From positions 8,060,001-8,124,000 of the forward strand of contig CM075988.1 of the NCBI GenBank assembly GCA_038087875.1: 64,000 nt of DNA. Direction: 5' to 3'. Shown here piece by piece: positions 37,117-50,099 of this stretch. The position numbers and the translations under genes were made by a program. The notes beneath the pieces are model-generated. The model was not told where the DNA came from, ran no database searches, and saw only the letters and a program-made list of their open reading frames with translations. Source of the stretch: Malacoraja senta (taxonomy: Eukaryota). Each line of letters begins with the position of its first letter. Positions within the stretch are counted from its first letter, which is position 1.

Positions 37117-37813
37117 AGGCGGCTCAGTGGTGCAATGGTAGAGTTGCGGCCTTACAGTGCCAGTGACCCAGGTTCAATCCTGACTACAGGTGCTCTCTGT
37201 GCATAGTCTGTACATTCTCCCCGTGACCACATGGGTTTTCCCTGGGAGCTCTGGTTTCCTTTGGCATGCCAAAGACAGACATGTATGTAGGTTAATTGAC
37301 ATGGTAACAAGGATAGTATGGCGCGACACAACTTTGGATTTAAATCCAACTACGGGTTGGGTGAGGTGGGCGGGGGTGGGGGCGGTGGGGGGGGGAGGGG
37401 TTGGAGGGGGGACGAGAGGCAGGTATATCTCCACTTTTTTCTTCTTTTTTCCCTTCTCCTCTCTTACATCTTTATCCACTCTTTGGCCACACTACTTTGG
37501 TAGTCTAGTGGTCCTATCCTTTCACCTTTCACTTTTTCTCTTTCTTGTTCTTTCTCTTTTCTTTTCCCTTATTTTCAAGTTAAAAGGTTAAAATTGAAGC
37601 TGTACAATAATTGTACAATTTTAGATGCCGAATGTTTTATTCTTGTACAATTGCTTCTAATAAAAATAATTAAAAAAAATATATAAAAAATAAAAAGACA
37701 TGGGAACATTGTAAATTGTCTCTAGTGTGGGTAGAATAGTGTTAATATGGGGGGATCGCTGGTCGGCGCGGACTCAGTGGGCCGAGCTGTACCTCTAAAG
37801 TTATCTAAACTAA
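37117..37813 (+). mobile_element. HE1-type SINE split by an L1-type insertion
   Basis: Head at 37117-37309 and tail at 37697-37813. Confidence 0.88.
37310..37696 (+). mobile_element. L1-type 3' end insertion with A-tail, nested in an HE1 SINE
   Basis: G-rich tract, pyrimidine tract, AATAAA and A-tail; 12-bp TSD GACATGG(T/G)AACA at 37298-37309 and 37697-37708. Confidence 0.8.
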
Positions 37814-38019
37814 AGCAGTATCACCCATTTATAAAGACACAGAGTCTGGAGTAACTCAGCAAGTCAGGCAGCATATCTGGAGAACATGCACGAGCGATGT
37901 TTCTGGTCGGGACACTTCTTCAGGCTGTTATTTACTCTGTTACTCTCTCTCTCTGCTATCTAGATCCTCCAGGCACGATTCTGCTCTATGCACCGCATTC
38001 CTTTCACGTCCCCATCACA

Positions 38020-38382
38020 TAGTGAAAGGCTTGGATAGAGTGGATGTGGAGAGGATGTTTCCACGTGGGAGAGTCTAGGATTCGAGGTCATAGCCTCAGA
38101 GTTAAAGGATGTCTCTTTAAGAAGGAGATGAGGAATTTCTTCAGTCAGAGGGTGGTGAATCTGTGGAATTCTTTGCCACAGAAGGCTGTGGAAGCCAAGT
38201 CAATGGATATTTTGAAGGCGGAGATAGACAGATTCTTGATTAGTACGAGTATCAGGGGTTATGGGGGGAAGGCAGGAGAGTGGGGTTAGGAGGGAGAGGT
38301 AGATCAGCCATGATTGAATGGTGGAGTAGACTTGATGGGCCCAATGGCCTAATTCTGCTCCAATCACTTATGATCTTATGAC
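38020..38382 (+). mobile_element. CR1 3' fragment
   Basis: RNFFSQRVVNLWNSLPQKAVEA. Confidence 0.88.
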
Positions 38383-39218
38383 AATCACTATCAGTCAGAA
38401 CCTCGGCTGAACAGTCTGAAAAAGGGTCCTGACCCAAAACATCGTCTGTCCATTCTCTCCACAGATTTCCTCCAGCACTTTGTATTTTGCTCTGGATTCA
38501 TGGTTCGATGTTTCGTGCTAAGGACGGCATTTCTAGCCGGTCCGGGCGTGTCTTCTGCAAATTGATTGTACACAATAATCATTCCAGCTCATCTGAGAGC
38601 CTGTTATTAATGTCCATTGACTTCCAAACAGTGAAACGGTGGTGTCATTTAGATAGACTCCATTACAGCATGTTTTAAGATAAAGTACTTGTAGTTAATG
38701 ATCGGAGTGATCCATTATGCCATTAATAATTATATCCAAAAGGATAAACTATGCAAATCAGGACTAGAAAATTGCACTTACATTTAATGGTTTGGCAGTT
38801 CATGTATCACGTGCTGGTTTCAGCCCCGTTATTATTAGAGGCAATTTCCTAACCCCGAGAGCAACGCACAATTCCAAAGTACAGAAACATTAAGCATAAA
38901 AGCACTTGAAATGCAAAAGTGGTTCCAGTACTCGGTACAGATTGTGGAACTCTCACCTCTGGTAACGGTTAGTGGGATGAAAACAAACTCCAGAACCTCA
39001 CACAACAATCCAATGCAATACAGCACTCGAGATCTGCAGAGCTACCCAGCAGGTGAATTGTTGACTCATTGACTCTGCCTATCGTGATCCCAAAGAAACA
39101 CACATGATATTTATTTTTTTCTATCTGGCTCACCTCATGTAATTGAAGCATCTCCCTCAGCTAAAATTTACACAGTCAATTTTTATTTATATATTTTAAT
39201 TTAATTTTTAATTTTGTA

Positions 39219-39550
39219 GGTGGCAGTGCAGTGCAGCGGTAGAGTTGCTGCCTTACAGCGCCAGAGACCCGGGTTCGATCCAGACTACGGGTGCTGTCTG
39301 TACGGAGTTTGTACGTTCTCCCTGTGTTTTCGCTGAGATCTTCGGTTTCCTCCCACACTGCAAAGAAGTAGAGGGTTTGTATGTTCATTGGCTTGGTATA
39401 ATTGGTATAAATGTAAATTGTAAATTTGTAAATTGTCCCGAGTGTGTGTAGAACAGTGTTAATGTGCGGGGATCGCTGGTCAGTTTAGACTCAGTGGGCC
39501 AAAGGGCCTGTTTCTGCACTGTATCTCTAAACTTAACTAACCTAAACTAA
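39219..39550 (+). mobile_element. HE1-type SINE
   Basis: Consensus blocks. Confidence 0.9.
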
Positions 39551-39829
39551 ATTTACCTCACAAAAGGTTACGTTTAGGTTTTCCATTGTCACGTGTATTG
39601 AGGTACAGTGAAAAGCTTTGTTTTGGATGCTATCCAGTCAGATCTGAGAATTCTATACATACTCACAATCAAGTCAAACTTATGTACCATAGGTAGAGCC
39701 AAGGGGACGATACAGAGTGGAGAATATACAGGAGTTCTCAGTATTGGGGAGCTCCAATTCCATAGACAATGTCCAATGTACGCAATGGCGCAGAAGTGAA
39801 TCCGAGAGTAGTCTGACTTCACGAGGATC

Positions 39830-40850
39830 ATGTTTGGAGTACTGTATGCAGTTCTGGTCACTGGATTACAGGAAGGATGTACAAGCTTTGGAGAGGTTTT
39901 GTGGGATGTAGAGGTTTAGTGGGATGCTGCTTGGATTAGAGTATTAGCTATAAGGAGAGTTGGAACAAGCTCTGAGAAGCATGGACAGGGCAGGTAATCA
40001 GAGTACTTTACAGGACAAAAGTTTAAGATGCAAGGGGAAATTTAAAGAAGATTTGTGAGCAGGTTTTATGCAGAGAGTGGGAGGTGCCCGGACCATGCTG
40101 CCAGGGAAGGTAGTGGAAGCAGATATGATAGCAAGTGTAAGAGGCATATAGACAAAGACAAGAGCAGGATGGGAATGGAGCGATATCGATCATATGCAGG
40201 CACATGTGCAGTTTAAATTGGCATCATGGTTAGCACAGAGATTGTGGGCTGAAGAGCCTATTGTTGTGATGAACTATGTTCTATGTAGAAATCAAGAACT
40301 GCAGATGCTGGTTTGTACCAAGATAGACACAAAGTGCTGGAGGAACCCAGCGGGTCAGGCAGCATCTCTGTGTTCTACAATCTATGTCTATGTTCTAATA
40401 TTGTCTCAACGTGTATTCTGTAGTCCTATTTATAAAAAACTCAAATTGCCTTTAGCTGCTTCCTGGCTTTCTCTCCTAAAATCACATTTTCATAGTCATA
40501 GAGTGTGGAAACAGGTCCTTCAACCCAACTTGCCCAACATGTCCCATCTACACTAGTCCCACTGTGTTTCGAGCTATGTTTTGCCCATATCTCTGTGTTT
40601 CGCCTGTCCTATCCATGTACCTGTCTAAATGTTTCTTAAACATTGTGACAGTCCTGGTCTTCACCACCTCCTCCGTCAGCTCGTTCCATACATCCACCAC
40701 CCTTTGCATGAAAAAGTTACCCCTCGGATTCAGAAAAAAATATTTCCCCTTCACCTTAAGCCTATGCTCCCTGGTTCTCGATTTCACCACTCTGGGCAAG
40801 AGACACTGTGCAACCACCCGATCTATTCCTCTCACGACTTTTTATATGAT
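39830..40850. mobile_element. Two oppositely oriented CR1/HER1 3' fragments with a pLTR piece between them
   Basis: LEYCMQFWS on the + strand and RGNFFMQRVVDVWNEL on the - strand. Confidence 0.8.
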
Positions 40851-41561
40851 TTTCCGATTTTCAAAGAACTAGATATTCTAAATCCATATTAATGCACACC
40901 CTCACTCTTTAAACTAGTCCATTCATTTTCCTTCATCTCAGACTATACTCCCTCACAACCTGTGACACATACATTGCACATGCCACTGACTGCAACTCCT
41001 CTCCATTAACATCCATTGGAGTCACCAACCAGGGTTCTAGACCTTATATAGACATGTATTGTTCCCAGTGCACGGCTGCTACTGAAGCTGGGTTGGTTTC
41101 CTCCATGGGGAGCAGCAGTAGAGTTGCTGCCTGACAGTGCCAGAGACCCGGGTTCGATCCTGTCTACGGGTCCTGTCTATACAGAGTTTGTATGTTCTCC
41201 CCATGCCCGCATGGGTGGTTGTGTGGCCTCGGTGGGCCAAAGGGCCTGTTTCCTGGATCTCTAAACTAAACTAAACTAAACTAAATGTTGGTCAAGGGAC
41301 TGCCTCACTAGGGATGTCCATTCTCTCCATGGTTCTGACCTGAATTCCTCAAAGTTTCAATTCCTAATACCATTCCCAATCCCAATCAAAATCCGAGCGT
41401 ATTTGTGGATGAGATAGGGTAGAGAAAGGGAGAAATGATTCCAAAAACTCCAATTAAAAAAGAACAGATTCCTTCAATGAGCATAAAGAACTGCAGAAAA
41501 CTTAACAGAAGATAGAACAGTACAAGAACAGGCCCTTCGGCCCACAATGTCTGTGTCGAAC

Positions 41562-42880
41562 TTAGACACAAAATGCTGGAGTAACTCAGCGGGACAGTCA
41601 GCATCTCTGGAGAGAAGGAATGGGTGATGTTTCGGGTCGAGACCTTTCTTCAGACTGATGTCAGGGGAGTGGACAATACAGAGATAAAATGTAGTCGGAG
41701 ACGGTAAGTAAGACTGGTGGGAGAACTGGGAAGGGGGAGGGGATGGCGAGAGAGGAAAAGCAAGGGCTACTTGTAGTTAGAGGAGTCAATGTTCACACTG
41801 CTGGGGTGCAAGCTACCCCAGCAAGATATGAGGTACTGTTCCTCCAATTTGTGCTGGGCCTAACTCTGACAATGGAGGAGACCCAGGACAGTAAGGTCAG
41901 ATTGGGAATGGGAGGGGGAGTTTAAGTGCTGAGCAACTGGGAGATCGGGTAGGTTTAGGCGGACTGAGCGGAGGTGTTCAGCAAAATGATCGCCGAGCCT
42001 GCGCTTGGTCTCGCCGATATACAGGAGTCGACACCTGGAACAGCGGATACAGTATATGAGGTTGGAGGAGGTGCAAGTGAACCTCTGCCTCACCTGAAAA
42101 GGCTGTTGGGGTCCTTGGACGGAGTTGAGGGGGGAGGTAAAGGGACAGGTGTTGCATCTCCTGTGGTTGCAGGGGAAAGTACCTGGGGAGGGGGTGGTTT
42201 GAACGGGAAGGGACGAGTTGACCGGGGTTTGCAGAGAAAACGGTCTCTGCAGAATGCAGAAAGGGGTGGAGATGGAAGATATGGCTACTAATGGGATCCT
42301 GTTGGCGGTGGCGAAAATGTCGGAGGATTATGTACTGTATGCGATGGCTGATGGGGTAGAAGGTGAGGACAAGGGTCTCTGTCCTTGTTACGAATGGGGG
42401 GAGGGGGAGCAAGAGCGGACCTGTGGGATATCGAAGAGACCTTAGTGAGAGCCTCATCTATAATGGAAGAGGGGGAACCCCCATTACCTAAAGAATGAGG
42501 ACATCTCTGACGACCTGGTATGGAAAACATCATCCTGGTCACAGATGCGGTGTAGACGGAGGAATTGGCAGTAGGGGATAGAGTCTCTACAGGAAGCAGG
42601 GTGGGAAGAAGTGTAGTCTAGATAGCTATGGGAGTCAGTGGGTTTGTAATAGATGTTAGTCGATAGTCTGCCTCCTGTGATGGAGACGGTGAGATTTAGA
42701 AATGATAAGGAGATGTCGGAGATGGTCCAACTGTCTCAGACAACATTTTATCAGTCTGAAGAAGGGTCTCGACCCGAAACATCACCCATTTCTTCTCTCC
42801 AGAGATGCTGCCTGTCCCGCTGAGTTACTCCAGTGTCTACCTTTGATTTAAACCAGCATCTGCAGTTCTTTCCTACACAT
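41562..42880 (-). mobile_element. Neptune-like Penelope element (RT C-terminus, Cys linker, GIY-YIG) with inverted pLTR at 42750-42880
   Basis: FTCTSSNLIYCIRCSRC.LLYIGETKRRLGD.FAEH and LVLTFYP motifs, frameshifted; oppositely oriented pLTRs at the two ends. Confidence 0.92.
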
Positions 42881-44526
42881 TCTGTAGCGCACATAATGTC
42901 TCTTGTCAACCTACACATAATCCATATCCCTCCATTCCCTGCATATTCACGTGCCTATCCAAAAGTCTTTGAACTGCCACTCTCCTATCTGCCTCAACCA
43001 CCAGCTCTACAGCGCATTCCAGGCACTCATTAGCCTCTGAGTAAAAAAAAGGTTTACCCCGCACACCTTTAAACGTTGCCCCTCTTACATTAAAGCTATG
43101 CCCTCTAGTATTTGATTCCTCTATCCTGAGAAAAAGGTTCTGACTTTCTACCCTATCTATGCCTCTTAAAGTGACACATACTAAAATTGTTGTAACTAAA
43201 TCAGGTGAAATGTTAAAAACCAGATGTGTTTGACAGGCTGTGCAGGAAAGATACAGTTCGGTGGATTGAGGAGAGAAGTGGCAGATGCATTGTATGTGAC
43301 TTAGGAAGAGCTAATATATTGTGAGAGGCAGGAAATGGTTCCCAAATTGGTCATCAGTCACCTCAGAACCCTTAAACCAGTGTGGAAGCAAGTGAGTCCT
43401 GATACGCAGAGAATGCCTCAGGGGTAACGGGTTCTCATATTCAACAACCCCTACCAGTGCAATCTTGCATATTGATGGAGAGCGAATTGTTGCACTTCGG
43501 GGAACGTTAATGGCCTGAGGTGCAAGTGGGCCCTTTACAGGCTTATCCCATCTGCATAAATCAACACCAAACTGGTAACATTGCAGTTAGCAGACCTTAC
43601 GCTAGACAATTTCTAAAACACGTATCAAATACAAAACACTATCAATGTAATAAACCTAAAATAAAATAAGAAATTGTGGAAATAATCAGCAGGTTAGGTA
43701 CCCGAGAGGGGGGATAACAGGTTGAAGAAGAGTCCCGACTTGAAACATCACCTGTCCATGTTCTCTAGGAATGCTGTCTGACCCGCAGAGTTACCCCAGC
43801 ACATTGTGTCTTCTTTTGTAAACCAGCATCTGCAGTTCCGTGTTTCTACAGAGTGAATGACGGACTCGATTATATCATTGAAGATCTTAGTTGTTTGCTG
43901 TATGAAAATAATTTCACCCTTTCAGTCAGGAGAAAGGTCCCAACCTGAAATGTAATTTATCCGTGTTCTCCACAGATGCTGCCTGTCCCGCTGAATTACT
44001 CCAGTACCGTGACTTTTATTTGTTAAACTTGTGTCTTCAACCCTTCATTCTGACCTTGGTTCCAACCCAGTTCTCAAAACTTCAAGGATGTGTTAAGTCA
44101 GTCTCCTCTGTAAATATCACTGGAACTCAAAGATTTTTATGATATTTTGCTGAAGAATTCAATATTCAGAGAACCATATCTGAAAGTAGGGGGATTTCCT
44201 CAATTAGGATCTCTGCCAGGAGCTGCTCAGAGGAAATTTCCATGCCATGGGTTAAAATATAATTTAACCTGAAAACTTACCAGGTCTAGGCATTGCCAGG
44301 GCTTTGCAGAGTATAACTGATCAACTGATCCTCTTTGGGATGCTACAACTATTCACAGTGGGAAAGAGAACTGAGATACTTGGGACTCCTCCTCTGTTTA
44401 TGTGTGCTTGTGATTTTAGTAGGGCATGGTTGTGATGCCTACATCTGGAATATCTAACCTTGGCCCTAAGTTACTCATAAAAAGATCTCCCATCTGGTTG
44501 CCTACATCTCAGGGGTAGATCCATCT

Positions 44527-44820
44527 GGGTGGCACAGCAGTAGAGTTGCTGCCTTACAGCGCCAGAGACCCAGGTTCGATCCTGACTGCAGGTGTTGTTT
44601 ATAAGGAGTTTGTACATTCTCCCCATGACCCGGGTGGGTTTTCTCCAGGTGGATTGGTTTCCTCCCACACTCCAAACATGTACAGGTTTGCGTGTTAATT
44701 GGCTTCGGTAAAAATTGTAAAATTGTCCCTAGTGTGTTGGATAGCGTTAGTGTACGGGGTGATCGCTGGTCGGCGCGGACTCGATAGGTTGAAGGGCCTG
44801 TTTCTGGGCTAGTCTAAAGT
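44527..44820 (+). mobile_element. HE1-type SINE
   Basis: Consensus blocks. Confidence 0.9.
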
Positions 44821-46959
44821 CTAGATTACTTACCCTTAGCCCTGAGTTATTCCCAGAACTTCCCATCTTCATAGCTGGTAGGAAAATGATTTTGTTAAAT
44901 AATTTTATGAAATTGATCATTATTTTAACAACTGTACTAAATAGTTTTGTCGTGGCTTTCAAGGGGGCTTATAAATATGTGTGTGTGGTTTCATGTGGTG
45001 TTTGTGTCTATGCCTGTGATGTTGCTCCAAGCAAGATTTTCATAGCATTGTACCTCACTGTGTTTGTGCTTATTGAACTAAACTCGACTGACTTGACTTG
45101 ACTTGAATACGTGTCTGGCTTATGAAGTACTGTCCTCTGAGAAAACTATTATTCAAAGGTCTGAACTTAACACAAAAAACACACATAGTTGTCTTGAGGT
45201 TTTTCTTCAGAACACACTGCAGCATCTCAGCTAACTGCATCTCCAAAGTATTACCCATCTCCACCTTGCATCACTTCCACATGAATTAACAGCCATGATC
45301 TTGTTCCTTCTATACTGTGTTTTTTTAAAAAATGTTTCTTCACTTCTCTTTCATTATCCATAAATCTGGTACATCTAAAAACCCTGCAGTCTGAATCCTA
45401 ACTTGCACGATCCAATTGTTTTAGTAAGCCAGTCCCGCTAACCTAAAATAGACACAAAAAGCTGGAGTAACTCAGCGGGATAGGCAGCATCTCCGGAGAG
45501 AAGGAATGGGTGACGTTTGGGGTCGAGACCCTTCTTCAGGAGGAGCCCCCACTCTCTCATCTCTACTATGGAATACACATTTCGTCTTACTCACTAACCT
45601 AAATCTGCTCTGGGATTCCCTGTATTTCAATGTTTTAAACCTCTCATCCTTGCCTATGTCCTCATTTCAACCCATCTGTCTGAGTTACTCTAGTGCCACA
45701 ACATTATGGACCCTTGAGTTCCTCCTGTTCTGATCCATTGCCTTACCTTCACTTCCTTTACCAAAAATGCCTTCATCTTAACAAAAGGCTTAACAACAAT
45801 TTTGAATTTCGCTCCTAAATTCACTATCTACAAATATCCTTAGAGAAATCCCTCCTGTAGTACAAACTCCTCACATAGCTTAAATTGAAATGCTGTCTGA
45901 TAACATTCCTGTGTAATACTTTAAAACATCTTAGTGCACTAAATGTGCTATATTAATTGTTTGTTCAGTGATCTGATTGCCCCATATATCGTCACTACCA
46001 CACCTTGCTTAGATAACAAGCCATTTCTTAGTCATAAGTGCTTTTGACCCAATAATTCATCCTATAAAGGCACTTGTATCCCATTGAAATCCTCAGGCAA
46101 ACACCAGGAAACAAATTAGTCTTTCTCTTCCCGTGCAAGGAGCACATGTAAAATGTTGTGCTCTGCAGCATTCCTATCGCAGCAGCTTCAGGAAGAAACG
46201 ATTGCATTACACGTCACAACATAATAATCTGTCTGGAAGTTGATTATATTATTGCATGTCTGGCAAATGAATGAAAACAGGCTTGGAAATGACAGCCACA
46301 TCCATTATAAAAACTGTGATGAGATCAACTGCAGAAGGCATGGGTTTTGGAATGATATCCTGGGATGAAATGCTTGATTTGTATACATTTCTAAGGGACG
46401 CTAATTAGGTTAAAGTAAATTAATAAAAATGTCAGTTTATGCAGTCGAGTAGAATGTTTCAGCGAAACAAATGATGTGAGGGTTATTGACAAAATTTTCT
46501 GGAACTAATTTGATTTTTGTTGCGGTTTCTTGACCATGCTGCATTGGTAGAAATTAATGCTACATTGACCGATTGCCACTGAGAGAATATGATTTTAACA
46601 GCATAGGACATAAATGATACATTTCTTCTTAGGCAGTCACACGGGGTCAAGGATAACGGTTCCATTCCAGGTCGGTGGGTTTTGAGGTGACAGATAAGGC
46701 CAATGCAGGAACCCCAGACTCTGCTACAGTGGCGTAATAGGGCAGGAATGAGGGAGCTGGTACTTTCTCCCTGGCTTCTTCACTGGATTCCCCAGGAAGT
46801 GCCATGGAGTTCTCAGTGGCATCTATAGCTGGTTCCCCATTGTGCTTGGACAAACACCAAGCATTTTTGCTAATGAGGATGTTACATATTCCATCTCACT
46901 AGCCTGGTGTCAGGCATGTGAGTGTGTGTTCTTCCCATCAGATAGGACTAAGTGTAGTT

Positions 46960-47270
46960 TAGCCATTTAATCGTGGCTGATCTGTCTCTCCTAATCCCAT
47001 TTTCCTGCCTTCTCCCCATAACCCCTGACCCCCATACTAATCAAGAATCTATCTATCTCTGCCTTAAAAATATCCATTGACGGCCTCCATTGCCTTCTGT
47101 GGCAAAGAATTCAACAGATTCACCACCCTCTGACTAACGATATTGCTCCTTACCTCTTTCCTAAAGCAATGTCCTTTAATTCTGCGACTATGATCTTTGG
47201 TCCTAGACTCTCCCACTAGTGGAAACATCCTCTCCACATCCACTCTATCTAAGCATTTCACTATTTGGTA
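46960..47270 (-). mobile_element. CR1 3' fragment
   Basis: LDRVDVERMFPLVGESRT. Confidence 0.85.
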
Positions 47271-47299
47271 ACTCCAGCATTTTTTTGTCTATCTTCCAA

Positions 47300-47692
47300 G
47301 TCTATGTAGTCCAGAGCTTATTTGGAGGTTGTAGTGTTTAATAGCCTGATGGTTGTAGAGAAGAAGCTGCTCTTGATCCTGGTCATTACAGTTTTCAGGT
47401 TCCTATAACATTCTTCCCTATGACAGGAGTGGAGTGAGAGTGTGGCCAGTATGGTGTGGGTCTCTGATGATGCTGGCTGCCTTTATGAGGCAGCGTTTCC
47501 TGTAGATCCCCTCGATGGTGGGGAGGTCAGTACACCTGAAAGGCAGTGTTCACCACCTTTTGCAATCTTCTTCCATCCTGGGCATTCGACTTGCCGAATC
47601 AGACTATGACGCAACCAGTCAATATGTTCTCTACTGTACACCTGTCGATGTTCAAGAGAGTAATCATCGACAAATCGATCCTCCTTCATTTT
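47300..47692 (-). mobile_element. Rex1/Babar-type LINE fragment
   Basis: Reverse complement of the family seen at 50100-50700. Confidence 0.7.
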
Positions 47693-48798
47693 TCTAAGAA
47701 TGTAAATGAACTGAAAGCCAGTTTAAATTCCCCAAAACACTTTTGATGACGCCAAGAGCGGCCCACTAGAGGGGATTAGGGGAGGTGGCAGAGCTATGAG
47801 TCACAGACGCCAGTAAAGATCTTATCCCACTGAGGGTGAAGGGTCAATGATCTGCTGAGTAAGCCAGTCAATTAAAGAGCTGGAACAGCACCTGCAGAAA
47901 TCGGTTTAGATTCAGTACCACAGCAATACCCATCAGTGTGTAAAATTGACCCTGAACCTTCTCTGCTTACAGCCCCTGGAGCTTGCAAGAAACGGGATGA
48001 AATAATTAAAACTAGGATCTGTTATGTGGCCAGAGTGCTGGTTACAGGTGCAGTGAGAGGTCACGTATGCCTGGCTCTTCATGAGTAATGGTTGGCAGAT
48101 TCTTTTCTTCCTTCTTGACCCTCTGCTGTTGTAACTTGTTCATAGGGTAAGACTTCATTACTGGGTGACAGCACAGCCGCGATGCTCATCGCTGGCACTT
48201 TGACACTGAGATTGCTTGCGGCCAAGTGCCGCAGCGTGATTGGTTGTTAAAAGATTAAAGACCCCTGTCATTTTCCTTAAGCATTTCTTCCCCTCTTCCA
48301 ATATTTTATTTAGCGGTTTCTTTGTGCTCATCATGGTGAAGGATATCATTGTCAGCATCGGGATCTCCCAGAGTGAGGTCAATGGGGTCTGAATTAAGTA
48401 CAGGATTCTGTACTCTGCCTCAGTGTGACTAAATTTCTTCACATCACAGTGACAACCCCTGATACATCAGCGTAATATTCCCATTTTACCTTTCCGAACC
48501 TTATACCTATATATGTGTAAACAATGATTCGCGATGAATTTTATCCTTTCGCATTGGATAAAAAGCACACACAGGAGTAAATCAAAATTCAATGCTTCCA
48601 TCCTAATGAAGACGAGAATAGCTTAGGTTTACAGATATAGTGCGGAAACAGGTCCTTCAGCCCACTGAGTCTGCGCTGACCAGCGATCCCGCACACTAAC
48701 ACTATCCTACACACACTAGGGATAATTTGTATTTGCTGGCCATGGAGTGCTGGTTTTGAACAGTGTTCTGTGTGTTTCTCTACACAACAACCAGCAAA

Positions 48799-49122
48799 GG
48801 GTGGCACGGTGGCCCAGCGGTAGAGTTGCTGCCTTACAGAGCTTGCAACGCCGGAGAACTGGGTTCGATCCTGACTATGGATGCTGTTTGTACAGAGTTT
48901 GTACGTTCTCCCTGTGACCTTGCGTGGGTTTTCTCCGAGATCTTCGGTTTCCTCCCACACTCCAAGGACGTACAGGTTTGTAGGTTAATTGGCTTGGTAA
49001 AATGTATGAATTATCCTTAGTGCGTGTCGGGTAATGTTAATGTGAGGGGATTGCTGGTCGGCATGGACCCGGTGGGCTGAAGGGCCTGTTTCCGCGCTGT
49101 ATCTCTAAAACTAAAACTAAAA
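48799..49122 (+). mobile_element. HE1-type SINE
   Basis: Consensus blocks. Confidence 0.9.
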
Positions 49123-50099
49123 TTCAAATCTAATTCATAGACTGAGAATCAGATTGGAATATCTTGAGAATGGGAGCAAAATATAATTTGGATTAATTTG
49201 GTTAATGCATAAAAAATACAGCTATCACCCAACCCTTCACCTCTGGGATAATTCCCCCAAAATATGATCCATTTAATCCCATGTTTTGACTTTGTACCAA
49301 TTCTATCAACCTCCAATTTTAAATATTCTTTTGAGAGAGGCATTCTCCAACAACCTTCATAAACATAATTTGTTAAAACCTCATTTTACTCTGACAGATT
49401 TTCCCAATCTCATTTAAACATTTAACCAAAAGAAACCTTCTCCTATTTCCTCACAATGGATGTCATTCATATCTTAGTAAATAATTTCTGCCTCTTGTAC
49501 ATGGCCTGGTCGTACACTCTACTGTAGGGCACCCATAACTTTGTTTCAACTAAATATCCAATCGATGTTTTGTAAAAAAAAAGCAGTAATCCTATAATTT
49601 GAATTTTGGTTGTCATACCAAGGAGTCCAAATGTTTAAAGTTGTATCAATTTGCATTCATATCCTTAAAGATCTCTCTCGAAGAAGTTTATTTTCCCCTC
49701 TTTAAAATTAAGGACAAAGAAACTTTCACACAGCTGTACTCTGCGTTTGCGCTTAACATTTTATGCCATATATCAAAGCATTTACATCAAGAATGAATCA
49801 TAATAGACTTTAAAACTATGAAATACCGTCTAATCTTTCTTGATTGACCACAAGTCATCACATAAATTTGGACCATCGTACCCTCGGGCTATAACCCATC
49901 CTTCCACAGGTAGTTTGGAAGGATGGAGCTCCGAGGTATGAAAGTTACACCTTTTGAAGATATATTGTAAATGTAAATGGATTCAACACCTGACAATTTC
50001 CCATTGAAAAGTTAACTACACGAGGACAGCACAAAGAAATCCCTCCTATGATCCCTTCCAAATATTTTCTTTCTTCCCTCCCAACGATGCAATCATAAA

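Noticed and set aside
46647-46853. Minus-strand ORF with PYYATV, resembling Robo CC1 (PYATT), as a ROBO3 exon
   Set aside because: The context does not match CC1, it ends in a stop, and no downstream ROBO3 exons are visible
49140-50090. Possible decayed L1/Tx1 ORF2 3' region on the minus strand
   Set aside because: Only a compositional impression; no intact motif to support a call
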